Positions 50,512-60,600 of a stretch of DNA of 64,000 bases are shown here, one piece after another. The notes beneath the pieces were generated by a model. It was not told where the DNA came from, ran no database searches, and saw only the letters and a program-made list of their open reading frames with translations. Numbering within the stretch: the first letter of the stretch is position 1; the number at the start of each line of letters is the position of its first letter. Source of the DNA: an uncultured Peptococcaceae bacterium (lineage in GTDB: Bacteria > Bacillota > Dehalobacteriia > UBA4068 > UBA4997); the NCBI GenBank assembly GCA_947647555.1, contig CANSKT010000001.1:31969-95968 (forward strand). Direction: 5' to 3'. Position numbers and translations under genes: made by a program.

Positions 50512-50552
50512 TGTGGAAAACTCTGTGGAAAAGTGTGGAAAACGGTGGAAAA
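50512..50552. repeat. Four phased direct repeats matching the relaxed DnaA-box consensus
   Basis: TGTGGAAAA at 50512, 50524 and 50534, and GGTGGAAAA at 50544 (complement TTTTCCACA = TTWTNCACA). Spacing is 12/10/10 nt. The array lies 55-95 nt upstream of the sbcD ATG. A degenerate copy, TGGGAAAAC, is at 50422..50430. Confidence 0.5.
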
Positions 50553-50606
50553 CTCGGTGATTAAGTGTTTAAGTCCTCTCAAACCAAGGAGAGTTTTAAA
50601 AAAATT

Positions 50607-51791
50607 ATGAAAATACTGCATTTAGCGGATTTGCATATCGGCAAACGCGTGAATGAAATTTCCATGCTGACCGAACAACGCCATATCCTGCAACAGATTT
50701 TAACAATCGTACAGCAGGAGCAGCCACAGGCGGCAATGCTGGCCGGGGATATTTACGATAAGACCATGCCGGCGGCCGAGGCCGTACAGCTTTGCGATTG
50801 GTTTTTAACCCGTCTGTCGGCGCTGGTGCCGGCGGTTTTAATCATTCCCGGCAATCATGACAGCGCGGAGCGTTTGGCATTTGCGGCCGGGCTTTTACAG
50901 GAGCAGGGCGTTTATATTGCCCAGCCCTTTGCCGGGCAGGTGCAGCGCGTGGAATTGGCCGACGAATTTGGGCCGGTGGATTTTTATTTACTGCCCTTTT
51001 TGAAGCCAGCTATTGTGCGCCGGGCGTTTACGCAACCGGAAACTGAAGCGCCGCCGGAATTGGCAGATTATAATGAAGCGGTGGGTCTGGTTATGCAGCA
51101 GGTCAATGCCCAGCTGCGCCCCCGGCCGGTACGCAACATTTTGCTGGCGCATCAGCTGATTACCGGCGCGACTGTCTGCGACTCGGACGAGCTGGCTATC
51201 GGTGGTATGGACAATGTCGACGTTAGCTGGTTCGCTGATTTTGATTATGTAGCGCTTGGCCATTTGCATAGCGCCCAACAGGTGCGCCCCAAGCAGCCGG
51301 CCATGCGATATTGCGGCTCTCCTCTCAAGTATTCCTTTTCAGAGGCGCAGCAAAAAAAATCGTTGACCATGCTGGAAATTGACGGCGACGGTCAGGTACA
51401 GCTGCAAACGCTGCCGCTTAAGCCCCTGCATGATTTGCGCGAGATTAAAGGCACTTTTGCCAGTCTGACAGCGCCGGATTTTCTGGCCGCTCAGGACTGC
51501 GCAGATTATCTGCATATCACTCTGACCGACGAGCATGATATACCGGACGCGGTGCTGCGGCTGCGCCAGTATTATCCCAATCTGATGAAGCTTGATTATG
51601 ATAACCAGCGCACGCGCGCTAATCAGCGGTTGACCCTTTCCGCCGCAGCGGCGGTGGGTCTGATCGAGTCGGGGCCGTTTAAGCTGTTCAGCGATTTTTA
51701 TGAGCAACAGAACAATCAGCGACTGGACGCGGAACAGGAAAAATTTCTGCAACAGCTGATTGAAGAAATCTGGGATAGTATACAGGAGTAG
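50607..51791 (+). CDS. sbcD: Exonuclease SbcD (Mre11-like nuclease)
   Basis: MKILHLADLHIGKR metallophosphoesterase N-terminus, plus GDIYD, GNHDS and GHLH motifs. The preferred start is the ATG at 50607, after SD aaggagag. The track ORF starts at 50565. Confidence 0.88.
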   Translation: MKILHLADLHIGKRVNEISMLTEQRHILQQILTIVQQEQPQAAMLAGDIYDKTMPAAEAVQLCDWFLTRLSALVPAVLIIPGNHDSAERLAFAAGLLQEQGVYIAQPFAGQVQRVELADEFGPVDFYLLPFLKPAIVRRAFTQPETEAPPELADYNEAVGLVMQQVNAQLRPRPVRNILLAHQLITGATVCDSDELAIGGMDNVDVSWFADFDYVALGHLHSAQQVRPKQPAMRYCGSPLKYSFSEAQQKKSLTMLEIDGDGQVQLQTLPLKPLHDLREIKGTFASLTAPDFLAAQDCADYLHITLTDEHDIPDAVLRLRQYYPNLMKLDYDNQRTRANQRLTLSAAAAVGLIESGPFKLFSDFYEQQNNQRLDAEQEKFLQQLIEEIWDSIQE

Positions 51792-51793
51792 CC

Positions 51794-54478
51794 ATGCGAC
51801 CATTACATTTGACAATCTCCGCTTTTGGCCCCTATGCCGGCGAGGTTCAGCTTCCGCTGACCGAACTGGGCGCCAGCGGTTTATATTTAATCTGTGGCGA
51901 CACTGGCGCTGGCAAAACCACTATTTTTGATGCGATAAGCTTCGCCCTTTTTGGCGCGGCCAGCGGTGAAAATCGTGAGAACATTTGGCTGCGCAGTAAA
52001 TACGCCGAGCCGTCACAGCCCACTTTTGTGCGTCTGCGTTTTCTCTATCGCGGCGAGGAATATGAATTGCAGCGCAACCCTGATTATCAGCGTTTGGCAC
52101 GACGCGGCGGCGGCATGACCACTGAGCGCGCTAATGCGCAGCTGCTTTTCCCGGACGACCGACTGATAAGCGGCACTCGCCAGGTTGACGCTGCGGTGCG
52201 CGAACTGCTTGGTCTGGACCGCGAACAGTTTGCGCGTATCGCCATGATTGCGCAGGGTGATTTTATGAAGCTGCTGTTGGCTGATACGGCCACGCGCAGC
52301 GCTATCTTTCGGGAATTATTTAAAACCGGGCTTTATGACCAGCTGCAAACTCGCTTAAAGGCGGCGGCCAGTCAGTCCGAGCAACAGTATAATCAGGCCA
52401 AACTGGCCGCGCAACATACGGTGGAATTAATTCAGCCAACAGACGAGTTTTTGACAGAGTTGCGTCAAAACTGGCTGCAAGGTCAGACCGAAAAAGCGGC
52501 CGCTGAACTACCGGCCGCCCTGCAAGCCCAGAATACGGCCGACGATCAGCAAAACATTTTATTGCAGTCCCAGCTGAAAAATCTGGAAAATGAGCTGGCC
52601 AAGGTTAACCGCCTTTTGGGTACGGCCGAGCAAACCGAGCGCAACCAGCAGAATTTGGCGGCACATCAGCAACAGCTAATTCAGGTGCAAAATCAACTTA
52701 AACTGGCTGAGGAAAACTGGCAGGCGGAACAGGCCAAAGAGGACGAGCGCCAGAGTTTAGCCGCGCAAATTCAGAAATTGCAGGAGCAGCTGCCGCTTTA
52801 TCAGCAATTTGCCGAAACCCTGCGCGAACAGCAAGAAGCTGAAAAGCAGGCGGCTTATCGACAAATTCAGCGTCAGTTTGCGGAAAAACATGAGCAGCAA
52901 GCTACAATAAACAAGCTGTTAAATCAGATGCAGACTGTGCAGAACTTGTATTCTGAGGTGAATGGCCTGCGTGACGAATATCGCCGCAGCAAAACCGCTT
53001 ATGATAAGTTGAAAATAACGGCGGAACAACAGGAACAAGCTTTTTTTGCGGCGCAGGCCGGTTGGTTGGCGCAAAAATTGCAGCCAAACACCCCCTGCCC
53101 GGTCTGCGGCAGCCGGGAACACCCACAACCAGCCATGCTATCGGAGCAGGCGCCCAGCCAGGAGCAGCTAAAACAAAGTCAGGAACAGCACCGCACCGCC
53201 ACGGAGAAACTTACCGCTATCTGCACCAAAGGCGATGAGCGCAAAAAGCTTTGGGAACGTGAACAGGAAAATTGCCGCCTGCTTTGTCAGGAACAGCTAA
53301 CCCCGGATTTTTTAACCGCGCTTAATTATCCTCCAAGCGCACAGCCGCTCTCCGACCTGCCGGCTGAACAGCTCAAACCTGTTCTGACCGACTTGCAGCA
53401 GCAGCTGACCCAACAGCTTCGGGCATTGCAGCAGCAGGCTGAACAGTTGGAAGTCCGGACAATGCAGGACGGTATTAATCTGGCCGCTTTGGCCGCGGAA
53501 ACCGCTGCCTGGCAGGAAAAGGCGGCTAACCTGAAATTACAGGCAGAAAAGCAGCAACGTGAATTGCCCTATTCCAGCCAAAACGAGTTAACGCAGGCCT
53601 TGCAGGAATTTCAACTGAAACAAAAAGTTTTGCAGCAGGCGCTAAATCAGGCGCAAAATCAGCTAAACCATTGGCGTGAGCAACAGGCGGCTGAACAAAG
53701 TGCGATAGCGGCACTGGAAAAGGCTTTGGCGGAAAACAACACGGCCGTGGCACAAAATCAGCAGACGGCTGAAGAACTGCGTCAGGCCGTAGCCGCCCTG
53801 ACGCAACAACGGGAACAAACTCTGGCGCAGGCCGGTGAGTTGGCTGGCCGTTTGGCAATTAATCAGAAAGCGGCCGCAGCGCTGCAACAACAGCAGCAGG
53901 CACAGGCGCAGGCCGCTAAACGCTGGGGTTGGCTCAAAGCTTTAAGCGACACGGCTAACGGTCAGTTGAGCGGCAAAGACCGTCTTTATTTTGAGGCCTA
54001 CATTCAGCGTGTTTATTTTGATGAGGTAATTGCGCTGGCCAATCTGCGTTTTGCCAACATGACCGGCGGCCAATATGAACTTAAAAGGTGCGATGTTGCC
54101 GCTGACCGGCGCAGCCGCACTGGTCTGGAATTGGACGTTATCGACCACTATAACGGCACCGAGCGCAGTGTGAAAACCCTGTCCGGCGGCGAGTCCTTTA
54201 AGGCGGCGCTGGCGCTGGCGCTGGGTTTGGCCGATGTTATTCAAGCCAATGCCGGCGGTATAGAATTAGACAGTATGTTTGTTGACGAGGGCTTTGGCTC
54301 ATTAGATGAAAAATCCTTGCAACAGGCCGTGCGCACGCTGGCCGATTTATCCGAGGGCAAGCGCCTGGTTGGTATAATTTCCCATGTCGGCGAGTTAAAA
54401 GAGCGCATTGAAAAGCAAATTGTGGTAACTAAAGATAAAATTGGCGGTAGTCAGGCCGAAATTATTGCAAATACCTGA
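51794..54478 (+). CDS. sbcC: Exonuclease SbcC (Rad50-like ATPase)
   Basis: 894 aa. Walker A GDTGAGKTT, long Q/E/L-rich coiled coil with zinc hook CPVCGS, signature LSGGESF, and Walker B MFVDEGFGSLD. Confidence 0.9.
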   Translation: MRPLHLTISAFGPYAGEVQLPLTELGASGLYLICGDTGAGKTTIFDAISFALFGAASGENRENIWLRSKYAEPSQPTFVRLRFLYRGEEYELQRNPDYQRLARRGGGMTTERANAQLLFPDDRLISGTRQVDAAVRELLGLDREQFARIAMIAQGDFMKLLLADTATRSAIFRELFKTGLYDQLQTRLKAAASQSEQQYNQAKLAAQHTVELIQPTDEFLTELRQNWLQGQTEKAAAELPAALQAQNTADDQQNILLQSQLKNLENELAKVNRLLGTAEQTERNQQNLAAHQQQLIQVQNQLKLAEENWQAEQAKEDERQSLAAQIQKLQEQLPLYQQFAETLREQQEAEKQAAYRQIQRQFAEKHEQQATINKLLNQMQTVQNLYSEVNGLRDEYRRSKTAYDKLKITAEQQEQAFFAAQAGWLAQKLQPNTPCPVCGSREHPQPAMLSEQAPSQEQLKQSQEQHRTATEKLTAICTKGDERKKLWEREQENCRLLCQEQLTPDFLTALNYPPSAQPLSDLPAEQLKPVLTDLQQQLTQQLRALQQQAEQLEVRTMQDGINLAALAAETAAWQEKAANLKLQAEKQQRELPYSSQNELTQALQEFQLKQKVLQQALNQAQNQLNHWREQQAAEQSAIAALEKALAENNTAVAQNQQTAEELRQAVAALTQQREQTLAQAGELAGRLAINQKAAAALQQQQQAQAQAAKRWGWLKALSDTANGQLSGKDRLYFEAYIQRVYFDEVIALANLRFANMTGGQYELKRCDVAADRRSRTGLELDVIDHYNGTERSVKTLSGGESFKAALALALGLADVIQANAGGIELDSMFVDEGFGSLDEKSLQQAVRTLADLSEGKRLVGIISHVGELKERIEKQIVVTKDKIGGSQAEIIANT

Positions 54479-54494
54479 AAGATGTGTTAAAATA

Positions 54495-54512
54495 ATAGCA
54501 AAAAGTTGCTAT
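54495..54512. promoter_or_regulatory. Palindrome between sbcC and the DtxR-family gene (operator or terminator stem)
   Basis: ATAGCAA-aaag-TTGCTAT, 7-bp arms. It starts 17 nt after the sbcC stop and ends 44 nt before the regulator ATG. Confidence 0.25.
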
Positions 54513-54555
54513 CCCCGGGCTTTTATAGCCTTTTTTAGCAAGCGAGGTGGCAAAA

Positions 54556-54945
54556 ATGCAAATTCGAGAGTCCGCCGAGGATTATTTGGAAACTATATTA
54601 ATCCTTAAAAATGAAAATGGTAATGTACGTTCGATTGATATTGCGCATCATTTGGGGTTTTCTCGCCCCAGCGTCAGCATTGCCATGAAAAATCTGCGTG
54701 AAAATGGCTATATTAACGTATCGCCGGACGCGCTGATTACCCTGACCCCTCAGGGCAGAGAAATTGCGGAGCGCGTTTATGAACGCCATCAGGTGCTGAC
54801 AGATTGCCTGTTGCGGCTGGGTGTTAACCCAAACGACGCCAAGGCTGACGCTTGCCGGCTTGAACATGATTTAAGCGAGGATAGTTTTGCCAAAATCAAA
54901 GCATATTATTTACAGGTTTTAGCGGCTGATTCGTCCGCCGATTAA
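54556..54945 (+). CDS. DtxR/MntR family metal-dependent transcriptional regulator
   Basis: 129 aa from the ATG at 54556. ESAEDYLETILIL...VRSIDIAHHLGFSRPSVSIAMKNLRENGYI is the DtxR-type wHTH. The dimerisation/metal region is RHQVLTDCL...A..DACRLEHDLSEDS. Confidence 0.8.
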   Translation: MQIRESAEDYLETILILKNENGNVRSIDIAHHLGFSRPSVSIAMKNLRENGYINVSPDALITLTPQGREIAERVYERHQVLTDCLLRLGVNPNDAKADACRLEHDLSEDSFAKIKAYYLQVLAADSSAD

Positions 54946-54999
54946 TTTGCCAAGCGCAAAAAACTTCAATTTTATCAATTCAAAAGGAGCCTATTTAAC

Positions 55000-56652
55000 A
55001 TGGAAGATAATGAAAAAGTTATGGCCGGAAATTTTATCCACGACGAAATTGACGCCGACCTGGCCGCCGGTCATGCGCCGGCCGTTCATACGCGTTTTCC
55101 GCCGGAACCCAACGGCTATTTGCATATTGGGCATGCCAAAAGCATTTGCTTAAATTTTGGCACCGCGCAAAAATATAGGGGTCTTTGCAACCTGCGCTTT
55201 GACGATACTAACCCGGCCAAAGAGGAGCAGGAATTTATGGACTCCATTAAAGCCGATGTGCATTGGCTGGGTTTTGATTGGCAGGACCGGCTTTTTTATG
55301 CCTCTGATTATTTTGAACAGATTTATCAATACGCGGTTGAATTGATTAAAGCCGGCAAAGCTTACGTCTGCCAGCTTTCTGCTGATGAGATGCGCGAACA
55401 CCGCGGCAGTATTGGCGTCCCGGCCACATCGCCCTGGCGTGACCGACCAATCGAAGAAAGTTTGGATTTATTTAGCCGTATGCGTGCCGGCGAGTTTGCT
55501 GACGGTGAATATACTTTACGTGCCAAAATTGATTTGGCCTCACCCAATTTTGTTATGCGCGACCCGGTAATTTATCGTATTCAGCATGGCGAGCATAATC
55601 GCACCGGCAACGATTGGTGTATTTATCCTATGTATGATTTTGCCCACCCCATTTCCGACTCCCTGGAGGGCATTACACATTCAATTTGCACTATGGAATT
55701 TGAAATTCACCGTCCGCTTTATGATTGGGTAATTGCTAATACCACTTGTCCCACCAAAAGCCGTCAGATTGAATTTGCGCGCTTAAATCTAACGCATACT
55801 GTAATGAGCAAGCGCTTCCTGCGCCGCCTGGTTGAAGAGGGACAGGTTCGCGGCTGGGACGACCCCAGAATGCCTACCATTTCCGGACTACGCCGCCGTG
55901 GTTATACCCCGGAAGCTATCCGAGATTTTTGCGAGCGCATTGGTGTTGCCAAAGCGGAAAGTATGGTTGACGCCGCTCTGCTTGAGCACTGTTTGCGAGA
56001 GGATTTGAACACGCGAGCTGACCGGGTTATGTGCGTATTGCGTCCACTCAAGGTGGTTATAACAAATTATCCAGAGGACGGCCGCGAAATGCTGCCTATT
56101 GAGAACAATCCTGAAAAGCCGGAACGCGGTAAACGTCTGCTGCCCTTTGGCCGGGAAATTTATATTGAACAGGACGATTTTATGGAGAAACCGCCTAAAA
56201 AGTTTTTCCGCCTGAAACCCGGCGGCGAAGTTCGCTTAAAAGCTGCTTATATCATAAAATGTGAAGATGTTATTAAAGATGATGCTGGCAATATTACTGA
56301 GTTGCATTGTACCTATGACCCAGACACTATCAGCGGTGGCTCCAGCACTAAAAAGGTTAAAGGCACTATCCATTGGGTAAACGCCAAAGAATGTAAAACT
56401 GCCGAGGTTCGTCTTTATGATTATCTATTTACAGAAGATAATCCAACCGCCACAGACGGTGATTTTATGGCAAGCCTGAACCCAAACAGTTTGGAGGTTT
56501 TAACAAACGCCAAAATCGAACCAATTTTACCAATGCCAGCCGAAAAATTTCAGTTTTTGCGTCATGGTTACTTCTGCGTTGACCCTGATACTGAAAATAA
56601 TCACCCTGTATTTAACCGCATTGTATCGCTTAAATCTTCTTTTAAGGCTTAA
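55000..56652 (+). CDS. glnS: Glutaminyl-tRNA synthetase
   Basis: 550 aa. Class I HIGH motif ([14 protein letters not shown]) and the KMSKS variant VMSKR. The GlnRS-type C-terminal anticodon-binding domain is present. Confidence 0.95.
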   Translation: MEDNEKVMAGNFIHDEIDADLAAGHAPAVHTRFPPEPNGYLHIGHAKSICLNFGTAQKYRGLCNLRFDDTNPAKEEQEFMDSIKADVHWLGFDWQDRLFYASDYFEQIYQYAVELIKAGKAYVCQLSADEMREHRGSIGVPATSPWRDRPIEESLDLFSRMRAGEFADGEYTLRAKIDLASPNFVMRDPVIYRIQHGEHNRTGNDWCIYPMYDFAHPISDSLEGITHSICTMEFEIHRPLYDWVIANTTCPTKSRQIEFARLNLTHTVMSKRFLRRLVEEGQVRGWDDPRMPTISGLRRRGYTPEAIRDFCERIGVAKAESMVDAALLEHCLREDLNTRADRVMCVLRPLKVVITNYPEDGREMLPIENNPEKPERGKRLLPFGREIYIEQDDFMEKPPKKFFRLKPGGEVRLKAAYIIKCEDVIKDDAGNITELHCTYDPDTISGGSSTKKVKGTIHWVNAKECKTAEVRLYDYLFTEDNPTATDGDFMASLNPNSLEVLTNAKIEPILPMPAEKFQFLRHGYFCVDPDTENNHPVFNRIVSLKSSFKA

Positions 56653-56683
56653 ATTAATATATTTATTCATTTAACAATAAAAT

Positions 56684-56719
56684 AAGGTTCTCCTGTTTTT
56701 ACAGAAGAACCTTATTTTT
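56684..56719 (+). terminator. glnS intrinsic terminator
   Basis: Stem aaggttct / agaacctt followed by attttt. Confidence 0.6.
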
Positions 56720-56806
56720 CCATATTTCTCCAAAAATCTGGCTTTTTCGCAAACAAAGTGTTATAATATACTTACTCACCGTCTCAGGCAGAGAGGAGGT
56801 GTTGTC

Positions 56807-56899
56807 ATGTTTTTTTTAATCTCATTAGCCACTGTTGTTTTGGGTAACATAATCTCTCATTATACTATCAAATGGTTGGACAGCAGATTTGAGCGGTAG
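56807..56899 (+). CDS. Unannotated 30-aa Fst/PepA1-like type I toxin candidate (unit A)
   Basis: ATG at 56807, 8 nt after SD gaggaggtg. Product is MFFLISLATVVLGNIISHYTIKWLDSRFER, then TAG. Extended -10 TGTTATAAT at 56759..56767. The leader hairpin pairs caccgtctc with gagaggaggtg and sequesters the SD. Confidence 0.6.
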   Translation: MFFLISLATVVLGNIISHYTIKWLDSRFER

Positions 56900-56930
56900 T
56901 CAACCTGGGTCTAGGCTGCCCTACTTAGTT

Positions 56931-57011
56931 AAAAGCATAGAAGAACCCCAGTTGCCGCTGGGGTTCTTCGTTTACTCTTTTGATGTTGTCATGAATTTTT
57001 ATTATCTCATT
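56931..57011 (-). ncRNA. Candidate antitoxin RNA, unit A
   Basis: Minus-strand promoter: -35 TTGACA 57046..57041, 17-nt spacer, -10 TATAAT 57023..57018. The RNA 5' part carries the complement of 56984..56993 (tgttgtcatg), a direct repeat of the toxin start region 56800..56809. The 3' end is the 12-bp bidirectional hairpin 56940..56969 plus T-run. Ends are approximate. Confidence 0.5.
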
Positions 57012-57204
57012 GACTTCATTATACCATCAACCCAAAACTTTGTCAAGCATAAAAAAACTACCCCAGCAGATGCCGGAGGAGTTTTTGCCAAACTTTTTAT
57101 AAACACCACTAATATACCAATTTTCCCCAAAAATCTGGCTTTTTCGCATGGGTTATGTTATAATATATACACTAAGCGCCTCTTGGCAGAAAGGAGGTGC
57201 CATA

Positions 57205-57294
57205 ATGAGTACTTTGTTGTCTATAGCTATCGCTATCATGGTAAATATAATCTCCTATTATATTTGCAAATGGTTAGATAGCGGAAGGCGCTAG
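57205..57294 (+). CDS. Unannotated 29-aa Fst/PepA1-like type I toxin candidate (unit B)
   Basis: ATG at 57205, after SD aaaggaggtg. Product is MSTLLSIAIAIMVNIISYYICKWLDSGRR, then TAG. Extended -10 TGTTATAAT at 57156..57164. Leader hairpin gcgcctctt / aaggaggtgc sequesters the SD. Confidence 0.6.
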   Translation: MSTLLSIAIAIMVNIISYYICKWLDSGRR

Positions 57295-57324
57295 GTAACC
57301 TAGGTTTAAGCCACACCTACATAT

Positions 57325-57409
57325 AAGTGGAATAGAAGAACCCCAGTGGCGACTGGGGTTCTTCGTTTTACGTTTTTTGTGCCAGAATAAATACTTTGTT
57401 TTATTGTCT
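57325..57409 (-). ncRNA. Candidate antitoxin RNA, unit B
   Basis: Minus-strand promoter: -35 TTGACA 57444..57439, 17-nt spacer, -10 TATAAT 57421..57416. The RNA 5' part is the complement of 57379..57400, a 19/22 direct repeat of toxin region 57197..57218 in which the ATG is mutated to ATA. The 3' hairpin is 57335..57364. The 3' end is uncertain. Confidence 0.5.
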
Positions 57410-57604
57410 GTCATTATTATATCACCACCAAAACATTTTGTCAAGAAAAAACTCCCCCAGCAGATGCCGGAGGAGTTTTTATTAAACTGTTTTATAAACA
57501 AGATTAATCTTCAAATTGTTCAAGTTTATTATTCAGTTTTTTGGCTTTGTAGCCATCTATTGTTCAAATTAATTTATGAACAATAGATTATTTTTTACTA
57601 GTAA

Positions 57605-60600
57605 TTATTTCAAAATCAATTCGAGAGTTACAGACAATGTTTTACCTTCAACATAATCAAACTCAACTTCACGATTTGTAATTACTTTGCTTTCAGAACC
57701 ATAGGTGGCAATAAGACTTGCAGAAACGTATTCTGAAGAAGGATAGCTGTAGCTACCTTTTACTCTTACCTTGTTATTGCTTATAGTATAAGAAGCATTT
57801 GCACTAGTACCAGCCGGAGCATTAGATACTTCGCGTTCAGTATTATTATTGAACACTAATGTGTAGGTAGGAGTAATATTACCTTTAGAAGTAGAAGAAC
57901 CATTATTACCGTTTTCAACAGTATTATCTCTCGGATATTCGTCAATCAAAACAACATCAGCATAGCCGTCTTTGTCGATTACCGGAATATATACCCAAGC
58001 ATTTCTGGAAACATCGCTCAATGCGCCTTCTCTGTATTTACCAGAATTAGAATCCAGAACGTAAACAATAGTGTTAGCGTCAGTCATAACATTGTAAACA
58101 CCGTTGTCATAAACAGTACCAGTGAATTTATCACTTACTTCTACCTGATCTTTAGTAAGATTACCAGTAACCTCAGCAGCAGTTGCCTTAGCCCAACCTG
58201 CAGCATCTTTATCAATAGAAATCAAACCATCATTGAAACCTGTTACATATCTTGTGTAATCTCTCAGGTTTTTCTTGGTATTGAAAGAGTATACTACTTC
58301 AATCTTGTCGCCGCTCAGCTTGTAAACGATGAAATGATCAGCGCCGCCAGCTTTGCTATCAGTATCCCAATCATATACTTTATCATCGCCTACCAATGTA
58401 ACAGCAACATCATTGCCGCCGGTATGGTCTGCATCGGTGAACTTCCAAGCATTAACAACACCATAATGATAGTTGTTGCTGCTAGAATTGGTATAAGCCA
58501 ATGCTTTAATAGCACCATTGTTATTGGTCTTATAAGAAGCATAAGCACTAATCGGATAGGTGCTAGCAGTACCGTCTACTCTAATACCTGTCAAGTTCTC
58601 AGGAGTGAAATCGCCACCACCCAACAAGGAGGAACGAGTTACCAGAGAAGGATCAACATCAGTATCGTCCTGGCCAACCTCGAAAATGATTACATTAGCA
58701 GCCAAGGAGAACTGTTTGCCAGACATATCTACCAGATATGCATTGTTTTTAACCTGAATTTCAGCATTTGCACCAGAGATATTCATGTTATCGCCAGTAA
58801 ATTCTTTTGCATCATCAGTAGCACCAGGAGTACCAACTTTCAAGAAAGTCTTAATCTCGCCGTTGCTGTTCAATTTGTATTCAACCATCTGACCCATGTA
58901 AGCCTGACCATCTTTTGCACCAGGTTTGGTGGAGCAATTCTTGTCAAAGTCATAGGTTACGGTATAGCCTTCCTGAGTATACAATGTGATAGCATTCATG
59001 TTAGTAGCCCAAGTGCCATTGCTGCCACCGCCGTCTACAACGATACCATACAAAGTAGTACCAGTAGAAGTTTCATCAACAATAATTGCAGATACAGAGT
59101 TATCTTTGTTCAGCAAATATTTTACATTGTTGTTGAATACGTCATCAGTAGAGATACCTGCGCTATCCAGATTTTCTTCATAGAAATCCAAAACGGCAGT
59201 TTCACTGTTGTTGTTCTTGTAAACATAGTTGGTACCACCAATCATTACTTTGTGCTGTTTGGTGTTGCCAGGTTCAGTACCAGAAATGGTAGAAACAGAG
59301 GTACGAGTCAAATCGCCAGAAGCGTCAGCAACCTTAGCATACAATTCGCCTTCTCTGATTTCCATAAGAGCATCGCCAACTTCCAAATCGGAAGGAGAAA
59401 TGAACTTGCCATTATCATAAATCAAAGTATCAGCGTCAGCCATGTTTACAGTCTTGGAACGGCTGTTCTCTGCGTCATTACCAACCAGACGAGCAGAAGC
59501 AGCAGTAATTGTCTTAACATAGTAAGAACGTTCTGTGAAATCACGGTCAGAAACGATACGATAAACCTGGTCGTCATCATTGAAATACATGTAATAACCA
59601 GAGTTTTTGCTATCAGTATTGCTCTGATAAGGATTTCTAACTGCATTGTAGTTAGTTGTATTAACTGTTACCTTGTTGTCTTTTACAACAGGACGGTCAG
59701 TTACTTTCTGAGTATAAGACTCAACTTCGATGAAACGAGCATACAGTTTGCCGTTTTCTTTTACATAGTAAACTTTGCCCTGATGATTTTCCAGGTCAAA
59801 CAAACCAGTAGAATTGTAAGAAACAGCAGTGTTTTCATCAATAATCAATGTGCTGTCATAAGGAACAGTTTCATCAACAACACTGTTGTTATTTGTAGAA
59901 CTTGTAATAGTTCTCTGAGTAACTACATCACCAACAGACCAATTCAGGGTCTTGCCAGCAACGTCACGTACCTGCTCAACTTTGTCAAAGTTGTCTACTT
60001 CCAGATAAGAACCCTCAAAGCTATCTTCCAACAGAGTGATGTAAGAAGAACCGCTCTTTGTGGTCTGTTTGTAAACGAACTCATTGGTGTCTTTATCGTA
60101 AGTAACGATAGCAGTATCCAAAGCTTCGCCCAACATAACAACAACGTCGCCACGTTTAGCAGCAGCGCTAGCTACGATGTTAACATCGTCCAGCAAACCA
60201 ATCTGGTTAGCTTTGGTTACATAGTTTACCGGCCAGCTGCCAGTCAGGTTGTCATTGTAGCCCAACAGACGCAGCAATACGGTAATAGCCTCCTGGTTGG
60301 AGATGGTATCATTCGGACGGAAGTTGCCGTTCTGGTCACCCTTGAAGATGCCCAAGCTTTCAGCAGCATTAATCCAACCGGTGTACCAGCTGTTTGCACG
60401 AACGTCTTTGAAGCTGCTGGCGTTGGCCTCCAACATGGTAGCAGTCTCCTTAGCGCCCGCAGCGGTTACAGCAATTTTAGCAAACTCAGCACGGGTAATC
60501 GTTTTATCCGGACCAAATGTGCCGTCTTCGTAACCTTCAATAATGCCTAACGCAACAGCCTTAGCAATAGCGTCCTGCTCAGTTACTGAGCGCTCGGAAA

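Noticed and set aside
50400-50600. Interpreting the DnaA-box array as the chromosomal replication origin.
   Set aside because: No dnaA, dnaN or rpmH genes are nearby. There are only 4-5 boxes, all in one orientation, and no clear AT-rich 13-mer-type unwinding element. The flanks are a tRNA cluster and sbcDC. A regulatory or titration cluster is more parsimonious.
56889-57281. A 130-aa ORF (TTG start) spanning the glnS / S-layer intergenic region.
   Set aside because: It runs across promoters, terminator hairpins and both repeat units of the TA-like locus. It starts inside the stop region of the 30-aa ORF and has no SD. The repeat, promoter and terminator structure explains the sequence better.
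58334-60550. A 738-aa plus-strand ORF inside the S-layer gene region.
   Set aside because: It lies antisense to the SLH S-layer ORF, which has a signal peptide, SLH domains and a strong SD. The translation is I/V/N/S/F-rich low complexity, and the ORF stays open only because the sense strand avoids the complementary stop triplets.
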